Origin: Malacoraja senta
Taxonomy: Eukaryota
Assembly (NCBI GenBank): GCA_038087875.1
Contig: CM075978.1
Coordinates: 100,688,001 to 100,752,000, forward strand
Reading direction: 5' to 3'
DNA: 64,000 nt
This document shows, one piece after another, positions 13,319-26,560 of the stretch. Position 1 is the first letter of the stretch. Every line of letters starts with the position of its first letter. The notes beneath the pieces are model-generated. The model made no database searches. It saw only the letters and a program-made list of their open reading frames with translations, and had not been told where the DNA came from. Made by a program: the position numbers and the translations under genes.

Positions 13319-14135
13319 ACCTATCCATTTTCTACAGACACTTCCTGACCTACAGAGTTACTCCAGTATTTTGTGTCTATCTTTGGTATAAAGCAGCAAC
13401 TGCAATGCTTTGTTATTTCAAATCATTAAACTCAATTTTCTTTAATATTATCTGCCAGATGTATCTCCTGTCCCCTTATTTCCCTCCAGATTTCCTTCTT
13501 AATCCTGCTCCTCAGTTCTCAAAACCGCTCGAGGGATGCACAACCCTTGCTGCCTATACCTGGCCCTTGCCTCCTCCTTCTTCCTGACAGTCTTCCTTAC
13601 TCCCACCTGCCTTGCCTTTTACTCCAATAGGAATAGGCAAACCCTGAACTCTTCTCATCACACTTGTATAAGCCTATTCTAAGCAACTTTAGCAAGTTCC
13701 TATCTGATACCAAAGTTCGCCTTGCCCCAATTCAGAATTGTATCTTGTGGGCCCACCCTGTGGTTATCCATAACTATATTAAAGCTAATAGACCAGTGGT
13801 CGCTGGTCCCAAAAGGCTCACCAACTTACACTTCAGTCACTTGCTCTTTCCAATTTTCCTAATAAAAGGCGAAAATTAATCAGAGCATTTGGTTTTGTTC
13901 CAACATTTGAATCCGAAAAATGTGCATGAACATCAGGGGTGACTATAAGGATTGACCCTCAGAACATCTGAAACTTACATCTGTGACCATCGTCGATGCA
14001 TCCAGAGAGAATGGTGAAAACTACTCTGATGATCTGCCTACAGTTTGAGAGTACATTTTCAGTGGTTTCCACTGCCCACTTTCACCATGATTTCCTCTTT
14101 ACACTCCACGCATTTGTGATGAAACAATCTTGTGG

Positions 14136-14141
14136 GGAAGT
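14136..14141 (+). promoter_or_regulatory. ETS core GGAAGT about 90 bp upstream of the leader ATG
   Basis: Motif match only, in unique sequence next to the putative first exon. Confidence 0.2.
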
Positions 14142-14229
14142 AGAAGAGGACAGTCACTTCTAAAACAACAACGGGAACATCGAGTCTGAATGAACAGAAG
14201 TCTAATCCTTGCAAATCAAGTTTAACAAC

Positions 14230-14278
14230 ATGTTTGCACTGATATTCTCCACCTTGACTCTGTTCCTCTATGCAGTGG
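14230..14278 (+). CDS. Leader exon of the multi-VJ receptor: MFALIFSTLTLFLYAV(G)
   Basis: ATG at 14230, 16 hydrophobic codons, phase-1 donor GTAAGT at 14279. It joins V1 in frame as MFALIFSTLTLFLYAVGLKA-NISLIQSP. Confidence 0.75.
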
Positions 14279-14849
14279 GTAAGTACAGTCCCAGGATGGG
14301 TCGCCCAGTCTGGGTTAGTTTCATCTGCTTTCAAGTTCAATTTACATATTGCAGTGATGTGTATCTACGATTTTACAGTTGAATATTTCTGTTTAAAATT
14401 GAGATGTTTTGTTTTCTTGGTTCTCTGTGAGAAGGACACTGAAGTGTACTGCTCTGGAGTTGCTACCCAGCATGGATATCAATTTGTTTCACTGCTTTGC
14501 TAATCAAGGTTTAGAAGTCATCTGAGGCTGTTCTGATTCATCTCTGAGCAAATTATTTGGCTGAAATATCAGAAGGTAGGAGACAGGTGTACATTCGCAA
14601 CCCATATCTAAAAGAAATGCATTATACAAATGCAAGAAAGAGTGGCGATTAAAGAGGCAGATGTAATGGAAGGAAGAAAAGTAATGAGATGTATGAAGGG
14701 GATATAATAACGAGAAGAGTGTTTATTTTTCATATGCGGCGGAAATGGACTGGAGCAATTAAATTCTTACTTACTGGCTTTAGGCACATTAATCTGTACG
14801 GAGTTTGTACATTCTCTGTGTGACCATGTGGGATTTCTCCGAGTGCTTT

Positions 14850-15950
14850 GGTTTCTTGGTTGCCAGACAGGAAGCAAAGAATAGGAGTGAACGGGTCCTT
14901 TTCAGAATGGCAGGCAGTGGCGAGTGGAGTGCCGCAAGGCTCGTTGTTGGGGCCGCAACTGTTTGCCATATATATTAATGATTTGGAAAAGGGAATTAGG
15001 AGCAACACTAGCAAGTTTGCGGATGACACAAAGCTGGGTGGCAGGGTGAACTGTGAAGAGGATGTTAGGAGGTTGCAGGATGACCTGGACAGGTTGAGTG
15101 AATGGGCAGATGCGTGGCAGATGCAGTATAATATAGATAAATGTGAGGTAATCCCCTTTGGTGGCAAAAACAAGGGGGCAGATTATTATCTCAATGGGGT
15201 TAGGTTAGGTAAGCGGGAGGTACAGCGAGACCTGGGTGTCCTTGTACACCGGTCACTGAAAGTTGGCGTGCAGGTACAGCAGACAGTGAAGAAAGCTAAT
15301 GGACTGTTGGCCTTCATAACAAGAGGATTTCAGTATAAGAGTAGAGAGGTTCTTCTGCCATTGTATAGGGCTCTGGTAAGCCCACATCTGGAGTATTGCG
15401 TACAGTTTTGGTCTCCTAATTTGAGGAAGAACATCCTTGTGATTGAGGCAGTGCAGCGTAGGTTCACGAGATTGATCCCTGGGATGGCAGGACTGTCAGA
15501 TGAGGATGGATTGAAAAGACTAGGCTTATATTCACTGGAGTTTAGAAGGATGAGGGGGATCTTATAGAAACATATAAAATTATAAAAGGACTGGACAAGC
15601 TAGGTGCAGGAAAAATGTTCCCAATGTTGGAGGAGTCCAGAACCAGGGGCCACAGTCGTAGAATAAAGGGGTTGCCATTTAAGATTGAGGTGAGAAAAAA
15701 CTCTTTCACCCAGAGAGTTGTGAATTTGTGGAATTCCCTGCCATAGAGGGCAGTGGAGGCCAAATCACTGGATGGATTCAAGAGAGAGTTACAGTAGATA
15801 GAGCTCTAGGGGCTAGTGGAATCAAGAGATATTGGGAGATGGCAGGCACGGGCTATTGAGTGGGGACGATCAGCCATGATTGCAATGAATGGCGATGCTG
15901 GCTTGAAGGGCCGAATGGCCTCCTCCTGCACCTATTTTCTATGTTTCTAG
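14850..15950 (+). mobile_element. CR1 LINE 3' fragment
   Basis: ORF 14848-15567 has RT motifs and the CR1 3' tail ends near 15948. Confidence 0.9.
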
Positions 15951-16325
15951 AATATCTCTGTTGTGGTCAGATCAAATTGGTTGATGCGACAAGTTGGACA
16001 GAGATGGTGCTTTCTTGTCTCTATATATGTTGCTGATAGCTGGGCAGGCTGTGCTAAAGGAGAGAGAAAAAACTAAGACAAAGTCACAATTGGATGACTG
16101 GCAGAAATGGAAGGCACTTGCAGAACTTGCTGCTTCTAAGTTTCAACCCTGACTGATTCTACACCTTGCTTTTCTCAGCAAATGTCCTTCATCCTAATTG
16201 CTTTGTGGGAAAGCTCATTAATAATATGGGGCTGATGGGGATGGGAGATGAGGACAAGAGGAACCCTATACTAGTTCTGGGAGGATGGAGAGGGAAAGAG
16301 AGCAGAAGTGTGAGACTTGTCAGCA

Positions 16326-16910
16326 GTCACAGTCTTTTTCACAAGCTTAGAGGAAAGAGATAGAGAGCTCAGTAATATGGTGTGAAGACCGCAACTTCTC
16401 CCTCATGGTCTTTAATGGTGATGAAACTTTTGTCGATATTGCCTTCATTTAATTTACAGGAAGGATTTTTTCAGGTTCCGAATATGTGAGCACACAAAAT
16501 ATGAGGTAACTTTGAAAGATAAGAGACAGAGAGGTTGCATAATTGGCAGAGTGTGTCAAATGGCAACCCTTGGTAATCCTTAGGGACCTGCACTTTTAAC
16601 CAGATGGGGGAATTCAGAGTTATATATAAAAGCAGAATCTGCTGCTGCAGATCTGAATGAATAGCCCAATATTCTGAAAACATTTGTCGGTGAGACAGCG
16701 ACAGAAATGAGAGAAACTGAGTCAATAGATCAGACAGTGACCTGATGAAGTTCAGCCATGTTCACAGACACTACTGAGTTAGGCAGTGATGCAAGTTACC
16801 AAGACACAAACAGAGTCATTGAGTGGCCAGACTGTGGAAGATGGAATTTATTGAGGGAAAATCTGTCGAGATATAATTTAGATCCATCAACATCAATGCA
16901 TTTTATCAAA
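16326..16910. repeat. ~600-bp segment present inverted at ~22250-22850 and partly at 26561-26945
   Basis: Shared text in opposite orientation. Spurious ORFs at 16758(+) and 22193-22408(-) both begin MFTDTTELGS. Confidence 0.85.
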
Positions 16911-17869
16911 AGGCTATTTTGTGACATTGTTAGCTGGTATATATTAATTATTTAGGTATCCCTATATCATGCCACAGTTGCCTTTACTCACGACCGACCT
17001 CAAACAACTGACTTACTTTACTGGATCTTCCAGTGTTTATTCCATAACTCCTTAGCTTCCTTGACTTCCTCCACAGTAAGTACCGATGAGAAATATTAAT
17101 CTAGGACCTCATATGAATCCAAGAATCCAAGCATAGATGACTACATTGCTCCTTAAATGGACATATTCTCCCACTCTTTACTCTTTTGCTCTCCATTTAC
17201 TGTACTTACAGAATCTCTTAGGATTCTCATTTACTTATCTGCCAAAGCTATCTCATGTCCTCTTCTTGAACTCTAAATGCCCCTCTTGTGTACTAGAGTC
17301 CTTAAACTCATCAAGGGGTTTGTTTAATCACAAACTAACCACAATTCCTGCACATTGTAGGTATCCCTCTATTCCCTGCCTGTTGGTGTGTCTTTCTGAA
17401 TTCCTATGAAACATTCTCTCATATCTACTTTCACCACTTACCTCAGCAGTACTACTCTGTGTAAAAAAAAAATGACCTTGTAAGTCTCCTTTAAACTTTC
17501 GCCCTCTCACCCTTAAAGCTTTGTCCTCTAATATTTGATGTTTTCATTCTGGAAAAGGGCTGTTCATCTACTCTATCTACGCCTCTCATCATTTTATAAA
17601 CTAGCAGGTCGCCCCTCAGCCCCCAATGCCCCAGAGAAAACAAAACAAGATGTCCAACCTCTCCTTATAGCTGATACACAGACAGATCCAGGTGAACCTT
17701 TCCTGCTCCCTCACCAAAGCCTCCTCATCTGTCCTGTAATGGAGCGACCTGAAGTACACACAATACTTAATGAGGCCTAACTGGCTTTATAAAGCTGCAA
17801 CATGACTTGTCAACTTTCATACTCAACACTACAACCAATGAAGGCAAGTCGGTGTGGGTTTAGTATTGT

Positions 17870-18570
17870 CATGTGTGCTGAGATATAGTGAAAAGCTTTG
17901 TTTCCAGATAAATCACAATTTCCATGAGTGTAAGTAAGTAAATAAGTAAGTGTATTGGCCAAGTATTCACATACAAGGAATTTGTGTTGGTGCTCCGCTC
18001 ACGTAACATGACATACAGTGACAGTTACGATGACTCAGAAAACACTAAACATTAATAATAATAAAATGTTAATGATAAAACACCATTGATCAAGCATGTG
18101 AACCAACAAAATACCAGATCAAAGGGAGGCTACAGATTTTTGGCTGTTGAGTTGAGCAACTGCTCGTGGATAAAAAATGTTTTTATGTCTGGCTGTGGCA
18201 GCTTTGACAGTCCGGAGTCGCCTTCCAGAGGGAAGTGATTCAAAGAGTTTGTGGCCAGGGTGGGAGGGGTCAGAGATGATCTTACCCGTTCACTTCCTGG
18301 CCATTGCAGTGTACAGTTCATCAATGGAGGGAAGGTTGCAGCCAATAACCTTCTCAGCTGACGGGACGATTCGCTGCAGCCTCCAGGTGTCGTGCTTGGT
18401 GGCTGAGCCAAACCAGATCATGATGGAGAAGATGAGAACAGACTCTACGATGGCCGTGTAGAATTGGACCATCATTGCCTGTGGCAGATTGTGCTTCCTC
18501 AGCTGCCGTAGGAAGTACATCCTCTGTTGTGCCTTTTTAACTGTGGTGTCGATGGTAGCCCAGTCATACA
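17870..18570 (-). mobile_element. Rex1/Babar LINE fragment
   Basis: ORF 18290-18571: KKAQQRMYFLRQLRK...FYTAIVESVL. Confidence 0.8.
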
Positions 18571-18909
18571 CAAGTACAACAGGTAGTGTAAAGAGAAAAT
18601 TACCAGAGCACAGAATATAATGTTACAGCATGATAGCATTACAGTTATGGAGTCATACCGACCAACTTGCCCATGCCAACCAACGTGCCTCATCTAAACT
18701 AGTCCCACCTGCCTCTGTTTGGCCCATATCCCACTACACATCCTATCCATGTACCTGTCCAAATGTTTTTTAAACATTGTGATAATGCCTCAGCTACCTC
18801 CCCTGGCAGCTCCTTCCATACACCTACCACCCTTTGTGTAAAAACATTTCCTCACAGGTTCCTGTTAAATCTTTCCCACCTCACCTTAAATCTATGTCCT
18901 CTGGTTCTT

Positions 18910-19200
18910 GAAGTTACAGAGAAAAAGTCTTAAGATCGGCAATGAGATAAGTTGGAAGATCCGGCCTACACCCCAGCTTAAGGGAGCTCTTCAGTAGTCT
19001 GATAACAGTGTGGAAGAGCTTGTTCCTGAATCTGGTGGTATGTGGTTTCAAGCTTTCATATCTTCTGCCCGAAGAGAGAGGGGAGAAGAGGGAATAACTG
19101 GGGTAAAAAAGATCCTTGACTATGTTAGCTGCCTTCCCAAGGCAGCATGAAGTGTAGTTGTAGTCGATGGGAGATGGTGGCTGAATTGTAATAATCTGTA
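18910..19200 (-). mobile_element. Rex1/Babar LINE 3' fragment
   Basis: PLSSGRRYESLKPHTTRFRN motif in ORF 18914-19246. Confidence 0.75.
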
Positions 19201-19848
19201 ATCCACAACTCCACAATTTCTTGCAATCTTGGGTAGACATTGCCAAACCAAGCTAGGATACTTTCCACAATTCCAGCAAATCTTTAATGCAGTGCCAAAC
19301 ATTTGTGTCTCAATAGACACAAAAAGCTGGAGTGTCAGCGGGTCATGCAGCATCTCTGGAGAAAAGGAATAGGTGATGCTTCGGATCGAGACCCTTCTTT
19401 GGTCTGAAGTTGGGCGTTTCCTTGCTGTTGCTCCAGAGGGACGTAAGAGTTATTTTGTCCTTTAATCTTAAAGTTATACACAGCAGTACAACTATAACTA
19501 ACGACAGTACGATCTGCTTTTGTGTTATAGACACAGGACCCTTATTTCCCTCTTTGTTTATCACCTGCTTCCTCCTTCTTTGGGGGTTGGTGTCTTTTTG
19601 CTATCTCTATCCATTTCTTTATCAGAGATAGCTTAAAGCTTCCCCATACGGCAAATGTCCGTTTGACCAATCATACAGATCGCTATTAAAAGTTACCACA
19701 TATAGTATCGGTCATCTCCGGTCTCTTTTATTACAACATCAGCTGGTGATCCCGCGTGATGGGGTAGATGCTTAGATGTTTGCACTTGTGAGAGAATCTT
19801 GACTGAGGGAACATATTACAATAAATGCCCGGTCATTTAACACACTAA

Positions 19849-20545
19849 CTTTTGTTTCCTGCACAAAATTACAGAACTTCTGGAGGGGAATTTTTGATAT
19901 CTTTTCCAAAATACTTTAACTAAATTGGATCCCAACATAAAACTGATCACACTAAGTATGCCAGAGGCCTGTTCTGAGCTAACGATATTTCAAAGACGTT
20001 TTCTTAACTATGGCCTAATAACGACGAAAAAATTAACACTTAAATTTTGGAAACAGACAACAGTCCCTGCAGTGAAGATGTGGATTACAAACATGTCCGA
20101 GACACTACATTTGGAAAATATTAGGCTTGTCTTGGCGGAAAAAACAGATCAATTTCTTAAGACATGGACACCCTTTACCGAATTCTTACAATAGCTTGGT
20201 GCAACACAAATTTAAATTTAAATCCGATGCTGGGTTGGGTGAGGCGGGCAGGGGGGACGAGGGGCAAGGTATATCTCCACTTTTCTTTTTCTTTTTTCTT
20301 ATTTCTATATCTTTCTGCCACACTACTTTGGTAGTTTAGGGGATTCTCTTTTGTTCTTCTTCAATCTATCTTTTCACTTTCTACTTTTTTCTCTCTTGTT
20401 TTCTTTTTCTTTTCTTTTTTCATTTTCATAATTTAGGTTATAAGGTTAAAAATGAAGCTGTACAATTATTGTATAATTTTAGATGCCGAATGTTTTATCT
20501 CTGTACAATTGCTTCTAATAAAAATAAAAAAATAAAAAAATAAAA
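19849..20545 (+). mobile_element. 5'-truncated L1 3' end with A-rich tail and 14-bp TSD
   Basis: ORF 19925-20194 is homologous to the L1 ORF2 C-terminus at 32491-33801. TSD atttaacacactaa at 19835-19848 and 20546-20559. Confidence 0.85.
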
Positions 20546-20602
20546 ATTTAACACACTAAGGTGTGTAGACATTTTTGCAGAGAGTAGTGAATTTCTGAAA
20601 TT

Positions 20603-20915
20603 GGGCGGCTCGGTTGTGCAGCGGTAGAGTTGCTGCCTTGCCTTAGAGTTGCAGCGCCAGAGACCCGGGTTTAATCACGAATGCGGGTGCTGTCTGTACA
20701 GAGTTTGTACGTTCTCCCCATTACCGTGTGGGTTTTCTCAGAGATTTTCGGTTTCCTCCCACACTCCAAAGGCGTCCAGATTTGTGGGTTAATTGGCTTG
20801 GTTTAAGTGTAAATTGTCCCTAGTTTATTTATGATAGTGTTAATGTGCAGAGATCGCTGGTCGGTGTGGACTCAGTGGGCCGAAGGGCCTGTTTCCGCAC
20901 TGTATCTCTAAACTG
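20603..20915 (+). mobile_element. HE1-like SINE, near full length
   Basis: tRNA-like head with A/B-box-like motifs, conserved core, and a CR1-like 3' tail (gggccgaagggcctgtttcc). Confidence 0.85.
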
Positions 20916-21548
20916 CACTAAGCTCTGCCTCAGGGAGTTGTACAAGCTAGACCATTTGAAGTTCTTAAGTTGGAGGTAGATAACCTTTTGAGCGATCGGG
21001 AGGATTGAGTGATTGTGCACAGAAGATGAGATGAGTTCTGGGCAGATCAGCCATGATCATATTGAATGGTGAGAGAAGCTTGAGGGGCCTGGTTAGGAAT
21101 TACCTACTTCTCTTTGTAGTGTGATCAAAAAAGTGAACCAAAATTAAAACTATTTGCAGAAGCAATAAAGCCATGATGAGGGGAAAAAGATTAGCAGAGA
21201 GTGAGAACTAGCTGCTTGAGCGAAACAGGATGATGGATGCTGAGAGATTTTTTGAATGGAAGGCTCTGTGGATTGGTTCTCCCCAGCCGCTTGCTTCATG
21301 TGAGCTTTAGATATGATTCTTTTGATTTGAAAATAAAATACCAAATTTATGAAGCTTGCAGTTATTGTCAAAAAATGGCAGTGTTACTGATAGTGAAGAA
21401 GAATGTTTGCAGCCACAGGAGGGCAGCACTGGATTGTCCATTGATTGGGTGGCATGTGGAATTCAATCCAGAGAAGTGTGAAGTGATAGATGGACAATAT
21501 GCTGCAGTAACTCAGTGGGTCAGGCAGCATCTCTGGAGAAAAGGATAG

Positions 21549-21635
21549 GTGACATTTCGGGTCGAGACCCTTCTTCAGACCAACTTCAGACCTTCTTCGT
21601 GTCTGAAGAAGGGTCTCGACCCAAAATGACATCTA
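21549..21635. ncRNA. Inverted pair of hammerhead-like cores (Penelope-derived)
   Basis: The - strand reads gtctgaagaagggtctcgacccgaaatgtcacc (21548-21580). The + copy at 21601-21635 is degenerate. Confidence 0.45.
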
Positions 21636-22460
21636 TTCCTTTTCTCCAAAGATGCTTCCTGACCTGCTGAGTTACCAGAACATTTTGTTTCTATCTCCAG
21701 TGTAAACTTCCAACACTCTTTGTCTGTTCTGCTGCGAAATCTCCTCAAGGTATGCCTATTTCGAAGAGGTTCTCCTCTGATGTGAGTTCTGCAACACCCT
21801 TTCTCGCTGCTACTCCTCTGTGGCTCTGAAGAAGGGTCTCGACCTGAAACATCACCTATTCCTTTTCTCCAGAGTTGCTGAGTTTGGAATAACTCAAACT
21901 CAAAAAATTAAGTATTTTGTGTCTACCTTCGGTGTAAACCAGCATCTACAGTTCATTCCTATACACAGGGAAGTGATAGATTTTGTGCAGGGCCATCTTG
22001 GTTAGTTCCTTCTAGCCGAACCCCCTGATCGCATCAGGGCATTCTGGATCAGAGCACACCACCACTCCTTTGGGATTGGCATTAGAGAGCAACTGTACAC
22101 TGGAAGATCCTGGAAAGATAAGACTATTGTTTAAAATCTGTGGTGAGTAAAGGCAACTCTGGCATGAATGATAGATTGGGATACATGAATAATTAATTTA
22201 CATATACCACCAAACAATGTTCAATATAACTGGGATGACATGCGTTAAGAAGAGAGTGGTTTGATATTGATGGATCTAAAATATATGTCGACATATTTTC
22301 CCTCAATAAATTCCATCTTCCATAGTCTGGCCACTCAATGCCTCTGCCTGTATCTTTGTAATTTGCACGACATCCTCTGCTTCCTAATTCAGTTGTGTCT
22401 GTAAACATGGAACATCACGTGAACAAGTGTGAACATCATTCGGTCATTGTCTAAACTATG

Positions 22461-25400
22461 AACTGAGTTTCATTCGCCACTTTGCTGTCTGACCCGCTAA
22501 ATGCTTCCAGGATTTTCCTTCAGATCTGATTTTGCTTTTATATATAACTCTGAATTCTCCCATCAGGTTAAAAGTGCAGATCCCTAAGGATTACCAAGGA
22601 TTGCCATTTGACACACTCAGTGAAGCATGGAACTTCTCTGTCTCTTGTTTTACAAAGTTACCTCATATTTTGTGTGCTCACATTTTTGTAACCTAATGAA
22701 ATCCTTTCTGCAAATTAAATGGAGGCAATATCCACAAAAGTTTCATCATCATCATCATCACTAACAATGAGGGAGAAGTTGTCATCTTCAAGCCATATTA
22801 CTGAGCTCTCTATCTCCTTCCCCTATGTCTGTGAAAAAGTGTGAATGCTGACAAGACTCTCAACTGTTCATGTACCAAGTCTCACATTTCTGCTCTCATT
22901 CCCTCTCAATCCACCCAGAACAAGGATAGGGTTCCCCTTGTCCTCATCTCCCATCGCTGTCAGTTCCACATTGTTAATGAGGGTATTTCCACAGAGCAAT
23001 TGTGGCAAAGGACCTTGGCTTAGAATAGCAGATTCCCACTAGTCACAGACCTCCAGCCAGAATATCTTCCTTCCACACCCCTGTGTCTTCCATGATTAAG
23101 CCATTTCTGAATGCATATGACCATCATGGTGAATTCCAGACATCTTACCTTTCTGGATCAGCTTATCTTGAGAGAACATATCAAAAGCCTTACTAAAATC
23201 CATGTCTACAACATCCACTGCCTAACCTTCATCAATTAATAGTGCAACTCCTCCAGTACATTTACCTCCCTCTCTACCACACCTGAAACATCAAAGACCT
23301 GGAACATTAAGCTGCAAGTTATGTCCAGTTTGATAGCTTTGATATCTGTAGATCCTACATACTGAATAGGTTCTATATCAGTTCTTAAACTAATTCATTA
23401 TCTATTTCCAGGCTTACTAAAAATGTTCTCATTCGGATAACAATATTGATTAGTACGGGTGTCAGAGGTTATGGGGAGAAGGCAGGAGAATGCGGTTGGG
23501 AGGGAGAGATAGATCAGCCATGATTGAATGGTGGAGTAGACTTGATGGGCTGAATGACCTAATTCTGCTCCTATCACGTATGATCACCTATGATCTTATG
23601 ATATGATATTCATTTAGTTTGAGGTTTTTGCTAGATCTCCATGTGCGGGCAGTAGAGGGTCAGGTAGTGGTAATGGTGATTGGCATTTCAGTGGGAGAAC
23701 ATTTTTGGAACGGTGTTCACAATTCCATCAGATTTTTAAGATAGTTCTGAATAAGGATACGTCTGGACTGGGGGAGAGCAAATTACAACACTATTGCTCA
23801 CCAGTTACAGAGAGTAATTTGGGAGCAGCTGTTCTTGGGTCAGTCCACATCTGACATGTGGGAGTCATTTGAAGACCAAAGTTCAAGACTTGTATGTGGA
23901 GAAAGGAATTGCAGATGCTGGTTTAAACCGAAGATAGACACAAAAAGCTGGAGTAACTCGGCAGGGCAGGCCACATCTCTGGAGAGAAGTAATGGGTGAC
24001 ATTTTTCGGGTCGAGACCCTTCCTCAGACTAGGTAGGGATAAGGGAAACTAGAGTTTAGACTACATTAACACTTTCCAACACACATTATGGACAATTTTA
24101 CACTGATACCAAGCCAATTAACCTACAAACCTATATGTCTTTAGAGTGTGGGAGGAAACCAAAGATCTCAGAGAAAACCGACCCGGTCATGGGGACAACG
24201 TACAAATTCGGTACAGACAGCACCCGTAGTCAGGATCAAACCCGGGTCTTAGGCGCTGTGAGCTCTGTAAGGCAGCAACTCTACCGCTGCACCACCATGC
24301 CACTCTTAAACATTAGGTTTAAGAAGAGAAAAATGTTAAGAAGATACAAAGCTGTTTTTTTAAACTATATTTAGGCACCTGGAATGTACTGTCAGTGATG
24401 ATTGTGGATACGATTGTAGCATTTAAGAACCTTTTAGATAGGCAAGTAATTATGCAGGAAATGGAGGGATGTGCAGGCAGAAGAGATTAGTTTAAGTAGG
24501 CAGCATGTTCAGCGCAGACACCATGGGTCGTAGGGCCTGATGTTGAAAGTTGAAAGTTCTTGCTGTTACACTCTGTTTTTCTTACAACTGCATCCTCCGT
24601 ACAAATTTCCCCAAATGGAGCAGAATTGTACTGCAGAACAATCTTTAAGCCAATGGTCCACATCCAATACAAGAACAATAGGCTTATAATGGTGGGGGAT
24701 TTATACTTAGACAATAGACAACAGACAATAGACAATAGGTGCAGGAGTAGGCCATTCAGCCCTTTGAGCCAGCACCGCCATTCAATGTGATCATGGCTGA
24801 TCATCCCCAATCAGTACCCCTTTCCTGCCTTCTCCCCATATACCGTGACTCCGCTATTTTTAAGAGCCTTAGCTAGCTCTCTCTTGAAAGCATCCAGAGA
24901 ACCTGCCTCCACCGCCCTCTGAGGCAGAGAATTCCACAGACTCACAACTCTCTGTGAGAAAAAGTGTTTCCTCGTATCCGTTATAAATGGCTTACTCCTT
25001 ATTCTTAAACTGTGGCCCCTGGTTCTGGACTCCCCAAAATCGGGAAAATGTTTCTTGCCTCTAGCGTGTCCAAACCCTTAACAATCTTATATGGTTCAAT
25101 GAGATGCCCTCTCATCCTTCTAAACTCCATAGTGTACAAGCCCAGCTCCATTGTGTACAAGCCCATTCTCTCAGCATACGACAGTCCCGCCATCCCGGGA
25201 ATTAACCTTGTAAACCTATGCTGCACTCCCTCAATAGCAAGAATGTCCTTCCTCAAATTAGGCGACAAAAACTGCACACAATACTCCAGGTGTGGTCTCA
25301 CTGGGGCTCTGTACAACTGCAGAAGGACCTCTTTGCTCCTATATTCGATTCCTCTTGTTATAAAGGCCAACATGCCATTCGCTTTCTTCACTGCCTGCTG

Positions 25401-26462
25401 TACCTGCATGCTTACTTTCATAGACTGATGAACAAGGACCCCCAGATCCCATTGTACTTCCCCTTTTCCCAACTTGACGCCATTTAGATAGTAATCTGCC
25501 TTCCTGTTTTTGCTACCAAAGTGGATAACCTCACATTTATCTGCATTAAACTTCATCTGCCATGCATCTGCCCACTCCCCCAACCTGTCCAAGTCACCCT
25601 GCATTCTCATAGCATCCTCCTCACAGTTCACACTGCCACCCAGCTTTGTGTCATCTGCAAATTTGCTAATGTTACTTTGAATCCCTTCATCCAAATCATT
25701 GATGTATATTGTAAATAGAAGTGGTCCCAGCACCGAGCCTTGCGGTACCCCACTAGTCACTGCCTGCCATTCTGAAAGTGACCCGTTAATTCCTACTCCT
25801 CTCTGCCAACCACTTCTCTATTCATGTCAGCACTCTACCCCCAATACCATGTGCCCTAATTTTGCCCACTAATCTAGTATGTGGGACCTTATCAAATGCT
25901 TTCTGAAAGTCCAGGTACTTTACATCCACTGGCTCTCCCTTGTCCATTTTCCTAGTTACATCGTCAAAAACTTCCAGAAGATTAGAAAAGCATGATACTT
26001 CTCCAATATTGACTGAGAGTGCATTAGTGCAAAGGGTTTAACTGGGGAAGAATTAGTAAAGTGCACCCTGGAGAGTTCAGCCAATGTGTAGATAGTCTTA
26101 TTAGCTGTACTGGACCTAATCTTGAGCAATAAGGCTGGGCTAATGGTAGCAGTGTCCCTGGAGCATGGAGACACAAGAGATGGCAGATACAGGAATGTGG
26201 AGCAATAAACAAAATGCAGGAGGAACTTGGCAGAGGGACTGGTAACCACTGGTAAGGGAAATGGACAGTTGAAGTTTGGGGTCCAGACTGGTCCACATAT
26301 GCTGCCTGACAGGCTGAGTTCTTCCAGGACTTTTTCTTTTTAGCAAAGGATCATTGTATTGGTGTTATTTTATTGGTGTTATTTTATTGGTGTTCTTTTG
26401 CTTTAAGTTTCAAGACTGTTATGGAAAGGGAGAAAATTGGTGCGGAAGTCAAGGTCCTAAAT
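22461..26462 (+). repeat. Tandem duplication, copy A (~4.0 kb; SINE, CR1 and unique DNA)
   Basis: Collinear with 26561-31176 from aactgagttt to aaggtcctaaat. Confidence 0.95.
24720..25960 (-). mobile_element. CR1 3' fragment inside duplication A (paralogue at ~29455-30710)
   Basis: ORFs 25005-25760, 29548-30090 and 30075-30476 carry CR1 RT motifs. Confidence 0.9.
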
Positions 26463-26560
26463 AAAACCTACAAAACCAACCTACAGCCGTTATGCACATT
26501 ACAAAAAAGAGCAATAAGAATTATCAATAACGTTGGATATCTTGAACATACCAATTTATT

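Noticed and set aside
16166-16363. Possible extra degenerate V exon (ANVLHPNC... after a good acceptor)
   Set aside because: No Trp, YxC or J motif, and no suitable donor.
20603-20680. tRNA genes
   Set aside because: The tRNA-like sequences are SINE heads continuing into SINE core and tail. No complete cloverleaf is evident.
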